A stretch of DNA of 64,000 nucleotides from Eledone cirrhosa. Taxonomy: Eukaryota. Location of the stretch: assembly GCA_964016885.1 (NCBI GenBank), contig OZ024748.1:18786001-18850000 (forward strand), given 5' to 3'. A program made the position numbers and the translations under genes. The notes below the pieces were generated by a model. That model did not search any database. It was given only the letters and a program-made list of their open reading frames with translations, and was not told where the DNA came from. Positions 57,133-64,000 of this stretch are shown here, piece by piece. Each line of letters starts with the position of its first letter. Positions within the stretch are counted from its first letter, which is position 1.

Positions 57133-57554
57133 CATCATCATTATCATCATCATCACTGTTTTACGTCCGTTCTTCCATGCTAGCATGGGTTAGACGGGTT
57201 GTCCTGTTGTGGGCAGTGTCTGGTCAGCTGACCATGCCTTGCTCATACAGGAACTGATTTTGGCTTGATTTCTACAGCTGGATGCCCTTCCTAACACCAA
57301 CCTTTTTTTATTTTTTTTTAATATATATTATTAGAGCGAAAGAGACAGAGAGTGGGGCTGGGGGCTAATAAAAAGTAAAGATTGTCTGTATGTGTGTGTG
57401 TGTATGTTTGTATGTGTATGTTTATGTGTGTGTATGTAATATGTGTATGTGCATGTATGTTAGTGTGTGTGTGTATGTGTAGAACAGAGTTCTCATTGTA
57501 CATTATTTCTTTGATGTAATGGTGATACCAAAATTTAAAGGGCAGAGGGGAAAA

Positions 57555-58095
57555 TATGTGTGTGTATGTACGTATGTATGCACGCGTGTATGTATGTATG
57601 TTTGTATGTGTGTATGTATGTATGTATGTATGTTTGTATGTATGTATATGTGTGTATATGTATGTATGTGTATGTATGCATGTATGTGTGTATGCATGTA
57701 TGTATGTGTGTATGTGTGTATGTATGTATGGATGTATATGCATATATGTATGTATGTATGTGTGTATTTGTGTGTGTGTATATATGTATGTGTGTATGTA
57801 TGTATGTATGTGGGTGTGTATGTATGTATGTGTGTGTATATGTATGTGTATATGTATGTGTGTGTGTATGTATGTATGTGTATATGTGTGTGTATGCATG
57901 TATGTGTGTATGCATGTATGTATGTGTGTATGTATGTATGGATGTATATGCATATTTGTATGTATGTGTGTGTGTGTGTATATATATATATATGTATGTG
58001 TGTATGTATGTGGGTGTGTATGTATGTATGTGTGTATGTATGTATGAACGTATGTGTGTATGTATGTGGGTGTGTATGTATGAACGTATGTGTGT
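57555..58095. repeat. (TATG/TG)n microsatellite
   Basis: Direct inspection. Confidence 0.9.
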
Positions 58096-58164
58096 ATATA
58101 TATAATGTTTTTGAAGGTGGCCCAACTAATAAAGTTATGCTTGCTGTTGTTAGTTGTGATGCTG

Positions 58165-58694
58165 ATGTTGGTGGTGGTGGTGGTCTTGGTGATGGTGAGG
58201 GTGATAGTGGTGATGATGGTGGTGCTGCTGATGGTGGTGGTGCTGAGGGTGGTGGTGGTGATGGTGGTGGTGATGAGGGTGGTGGTGGTGATGAGGGTGG
58301 TGGTGATGAGGGTGGTGGTGATGGTGGTGGTGATGAGGGTGGTGGTGATGAGGGTGGTGGTGGTGATGGTGGTGGTGATGAGGGTGGTGGTGGTGATGGT
58401 GGTGGTGATGAGGGTGGTGGTGGTGATGAGGGTGGTGGTGATGAGGGTGGTGGTGATGGTGGTGGTGATGAGGGTGGTGGTGATGAGGGTGGTGGTGGTG
58501 ATGGTGGTGGTGATGAGGGTGTTGGTGATGAGGGTAGTGGTGGTGGTGATGAGGGTGGTGGTGATGGTGGTGGTGATGAGGGTGGTGGTGATGATGGTGG
58601 TGGTGATGAGGGTGGGGGGTGATGAGGGTGGTGGTGATGAGGGTGGTGGTGGTGGTGGTGGTGGTGGTGATGAGGGTGGTGGTGGTGATGAGGG
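58165..58694. repeat. (ggt)n-gatgag minisatellite
   Basis: Direct inspection. Confidence 0.9.
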
Positions 58695-58874
58695 CGCCTT
58701 ACTTTTGGTGTTGCTGTGTGATGGTGTTTGTTGCTGTTGTTTGTGTGTGATGATGAAAGCAGCATCTCTTGTGATGTTAAGATGACTGTCTTTCATCAAT
58801 ACAGCTTTGTGGAAGAAAAGAGATGGAGAAGATAAAGAAAGAGAGGATGAGGATAGAGAGGATATATATATATA

Positions 58875-59390
<516 letters not shown>

Positions 59391-59569
59391 ACATGAGTTG
59401 AAGGGGGTAGGTGGTCAGTCTTTAAAGTTATTAGTTTAATAACTTTAAGAAAGGAAAGACAGAAAGAAGGAAAGAAACAAAACAAGAAATAAAAAAAAAT
59501 AATAAGAAAAAATATGACAAAGATGAGAAAGAGAAGGGGGAATGATTTGTAGAAATATTGTTACTAAAG

Positions 59570-60220
59570 GATCTTCTATAGTCATATGCTGACCTTTTAT
59601 GGTCACATGCTGACCTTCTATGGCCACATGCTGACCTTCTATGGCCACATCCTGACCTTCTATGGTCACATGCTGACCTTCTATGGTCATATGCTGACCT
59701 TTCATTTTCCTGACATTTGTACATTATTCTATGTACTATACATGCACCTTTGATGAGTTGTAGTGCACCTGAGCACTGTACACAATAATTTCATTTCATT
59801 TCATTATGGTCTTATGATGACCTATGGCCATATGCTGACCTTCTATGGTCACATACTGACCTTCTATGGTCACATGCTGACCTTCTAGTCATATGCTGAT
59901 CTTTGATGGTCATATGATAACCTTCTATGGTCATATGCTGACCTTCTATGGTCACATACTGACCTTCTATGGTCATATGCTGACCTTCTATGGTCACATA
60001 CTGACCTTCTATGGTCACATGCTGACCTTCTATGGTCTCATGCTGACCTTATGGTCATACAATGACCTATGGGCATATGCTGACCTTCTATGGTCACATG
60101 ATGACCCATGGCCATGTGCTGACCTTATGGTCATATGATGACCTATGGTCACATGCAGACCTTATGGTCACATGCCAAACTTAAGATCATATGCTGACTT
60201 TAAGGTCACATACTGACCAA
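59570..60220. repeat. 21-bp minisatellite atggtcacatgctgaccttct interrupted by an insertion at 59700-59805
   Basis: Period 21, with an internal ggtca/tgacc dyad. Confidence 0.92.
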
Positions 60221-61078
60221 AGACCATTCCTTGACATGATTGTAATACACAGAACTAAAGTCACAACTACCTACCCAAGGGTCACAGGGTACCTACCCAG
60301 GGTAGCAGTGCTGCCTATCTAGGGTATCTTCCTGACAGTTAGTCAAAGGTTACTCTTCTTGTATCCCTATTGTAATGACTGTGGGTTTGATGGTCTTTTA
60401 TAGCTCACTAAATACACATACACACACAAATATATATATACATACATATATACATATTATATATATACATACATATATACATATTATATACATACATATA
60501 TACATATTATTTATATACATACATATATACATATTATATATATACATATATATATACATACATATATACATATTATATATATACATATATATATATATAT
60601 ATAGACAATCACTTACCTCTACCACCACACCACCACCACCACCACCACTACCACCACCACCACCACCATCATCATCATCATTTGTATCACATATTTTACA
60701 TGCTTCATTTTTTCCACATATATGTTGGCAAATAAATAATTATACCACCACCACCACCACCACCGTCACCAACACCATCACCACCACTAACACCGCCACC
60801 AGTTCCACCACCACAACCACCACCGCTGTGCCACCATCATCATCACCACCACCACCACCACTCACCATTGTAGCACTGTACCCTACCAAACCACCCCATG
60901 AAAGTTACTGTCTGTCTGGCTGGTATTTCTGTAAATATTTTGTTTAAAAAAAAATTGCTTTTTTTTATATATTTTCTCCTATAAATCTGCCATTAATTTT
61001 ATTATTATTATAAAGAAATCATTAACCATTATTATTACTATTATTACCAATAAAGAAATCATTATTACTATTATTACA

Positions 61079-61266
61079 GGCGGTGGATTGGCAGTATCGG
61101 TAGAGGGTCGGACGCCATGCTTTCCAGCATAGTTACATCCCTTTACGATCTGAGTTCAAATCCCGCCGAGGTTGACTTTGCCTTTCATCCTTGCGGGGTC
61201 GATAAAATAAAGTACCAGTAATGTACTGGATAATTGCTGGCCTTGTGCCAAAGGTAGAAACAATTA
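61079..61266 (+). mobile_element. SINE family A copy
   Basis: Matches the 35381 unit. Confidence 0.88.
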
Positions 61267-62159
61267 TTACTATTATTACTATTTTTATTACATCCTCTGT
61301 TTTTGTTTTTTTACATGCAGAAATGCCCATTTGTACCGTCCTGTATTGTCCTGTACTGTCCTTAATGTCTACTTTATGTAAACCCTTGTGGTTATTAAAG
61401 AAATCATTATTACTATTATTACCATTATTACCAATATTATTACTATTATTATTATTGTTATTACCATTATTACCATTATTCTATTATTATTACTGTTAAT
61501 GTTATTATTACTGTTAATGTTATTATTATTGTCGTTTTATTTCTCATTTTTATGTTTCCACATTTCGTAAACCCTATGTGGTGGATAAAATAACCATCAT
61601 CATCACCATCATCATCATCATCATCATCATCATCATTATTATAGTTGTTATTATTATTGTTGTTATTATTGTTATTATTATTGCTGCTGTTTTTATTATT
61701 AGTCTGTAATTTACACTTATACATTCAGACACACATACCCACACACAGGTACAGACAGACACAAACAGATACACCCACACCCACAGTAAGACACCCCCCA
61801 CACATACACTAACTCCCCACAGACAGTCCTATCCCCACACACAGACAGACAGGCAGACGGACAGAGATGGCTTTCTCTTTAGAATCCCATTAAATAATTC
61901 ACCTCTCAACAGCTGTAGATTCTTTACAGAGTTTGGAATTACCATTCCATACATTGTGGAATCTGCATGGAGTGTCTGTAAAGCGAGCTTGTCTGTCAGT
62001 CTGTCTGTCTGTCTGCTAGTCTGTTTGTCTGTCTGGCTGAAACGGCCCCTAGTTTTATGGTACAGAACTTCCTATTATAAAACCATCATAGTTATATTAA
62101 AATCCTCTTGTTCTTTTTTGCCCCATTTATTCCCGAGAGTGCCAAGGAGGCAGAGTCCT

Positions 62160-62500
62160 CAGTCATACCTCCCAGAGTCTTCTATCAGTAGTAACTTTCT
62201 CCAAATGTTCCGGGTGGATCTTCAAGACCAACCAAGCTTATGGATGTTATCCAACCATCTTGCTTGTAGTCTATCCTTGGCTTTCCTAATAGTTGGCTTT
62301 GCCCACAAAATCTGTCCAGCAATTCTTTCCTTAGACATTCTAAGCACATGTTCGTAATACCAGAGCTGTGATCTTTCAATGTGGAGAAGTAGAAGCTCTA
62401 CTTGGAGCAATTCCTTGATCTCCAAGCTATGCACCTCATCAAGTGATTATATTCCAAAGGTTCTTCGGAGGAAACCCATTTTAGCCAATTGTATTTCAGA
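62160..62500 (-). mobile_element. Decayed RTE-like LINE 3' fragment
   Basis: Translates VELLLLHIERSQLWYYEHVLRMSKERIAGQILWAKP...RLQARWLDNI. Confidence 0.75.
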
Positions 62501-63289
62501 TCATATTCTTTTGGACATTATATTAAAACAGTCTATCATAATTTTGATTAAGAAATGTTTGTTAAGTAATGTTCCAAACACCAGCTTACTAATTACAAAG
62601 TTAATTATTTAATTAAATTCTTGAAAGTCTTTGGAAGTTTTTAAAATAAATTGAAACACAGGTTGCATATTTCATTAGAAATATGCCAACAAAAAGGTTA
62701 AAGCAGTGCTCCAGCATGGTTGTAATCTAATGATTGGAACCAGGAAAATAATGGTTCCTAATTTAGGAGTTGTGACTGGTAGATAGTATCAGTAATGGAA
62801 AAAATCAATGGAAACATTATTTCCTTTGATGAGTTCCTTCCCCGGCCCAAATCAATGAGGTCAAACATTGTCGATTGATTGATTGATTTAATTTAGGTAC
62901 AAAAGGTCAGCAATTGGGGAGAGGGGAGGGGAAGTCAATCATATCTACCCTAATACTTCACTGGTATTTTATTTTATCAAATTGGGAAGGATGAAAGGCA
63001 AAGTTCACATTGGTGAGATTTGAACTCAGAAATTAAAGTACCAGAACAAATACCGTAAAGCATTTTGTTTGACACACTAATAGTTCTGCCAATCTACTAC
63101 CTTTTGAACCAGTAAAATAGTAAAACAATATATATATGTATATAAAATAAATTTAATGTAGAAATGCCTTCTACATTAACCATTTCTATATTAAATTTGT
63201 TGAAAACACTCTACTAATGTATTGATTACCTTACTTACTGTGGTTACTCTCGATTGAACCCAGGACTCACACACACACATATATATATA

Positions 63290-63782
63290 GTAGCCGAATT
63301 ACCCGCACCTTGCTGCGTTTCACACATTTTTTGTAAAAAGAAAATGATGATTGATTTTAAATCTGATATAATTTATGGAGAAAAACTCTGCATTTCAATA
63401 TTACTCAATGTAAAATGTAATGCATGAAAAATTGGAAAACATTATTTTTTGTAATATATCAAATCAAAATTACATTATTAAATCTTATTCTTATTTTGTT
63501 TCTTGTAAATAATTTTTTTCGAAATATCAATTCAAATCTTTTGTGAATAGGCATCATATCTTGTCATTAAATTTCATATAAATCGAAGGGAAAAAATTTT
63601 CAGCGGGGGTTTGTGCCCCCGTGGAACCCGTTGATGAAAATGAAATATACTTATCCAAGTACCCCGGGCAATGTAGTTTCAGAATATATATGGTTATGGG
63701 GGTCTATCTCCAAAACCATAGGAGGAGTTTGTGAACAAACAAGCAAACAAACAGACAGGAACTACGACTTTATATATATAGA
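63290..63782 (+). mobile_element. Possible non-autonomous Helitron-like element
   Basis: Starts tag...acccgcaccttgctgcg and ends acaaacagacag...gactttatatatataga, an architecture resembling invertebrate non-autonomous Helitrons. Judged by resemblance only. Confidence 0.4.
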
Positions 63783-64000
63783 TGGTGTAGTGTAGTTAAT
63801 ACAAAGCATTGAGAGATATATAGTAAGTTTTTTTAAAAGCCAGTACAATCCAATAGAAAATACGAAGGGCAAGTGATGGTAAATGAAACAAAACAAAACA
63901 AAGTAAAGTAATGTTATATATATATATAGTTAAATATTAGACAGGAACAAAAAACAGAGAGGCAGTACAAATGGTAGTTTATTAGGTTCACGCTTTTGAG

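Overview
Eukaryotic, AT-rich DNA saturated with microsatellites. The SINE and LINE repertoire looks like that of an octopod cephalopod; this is an inference from recognising the repeats. The only well-supported host coding sequence is a 105-nt minus-strand exon (1418-1522) of a band 4.1/FERM-domain gene, so most of the window is probably giant intron or upstream DNA. It holds two tRNA-derived SINE families (one as a 5-copy tandem array), RTE-type LINE fragments (one with a C4HC3 PHD-like finger), a TTAA-flanked MITE, a mariner remnant, and many mini- and microsatellites. Nearly all long ORFs in the track are simple-repeat artefacts. The main unexplained signal is a set of short non-coding elements in or beside (TA)n tracts that carry type I hammerhead ribozyme folds with palindromic stem III. 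One fold is fully canonical (35193-35303) and one has the compensatory U3-A8 core (56617-56706). Several are followed by AATAAA and a shared ACTC-N12-17-GAGTRCT motif, and several are folded back into long palindromes that overlap the ribozyme. They are most plausibly termini or non-autonomous derivatives of Penelope-like retroelements. All folds were worked out by eye and not computed.
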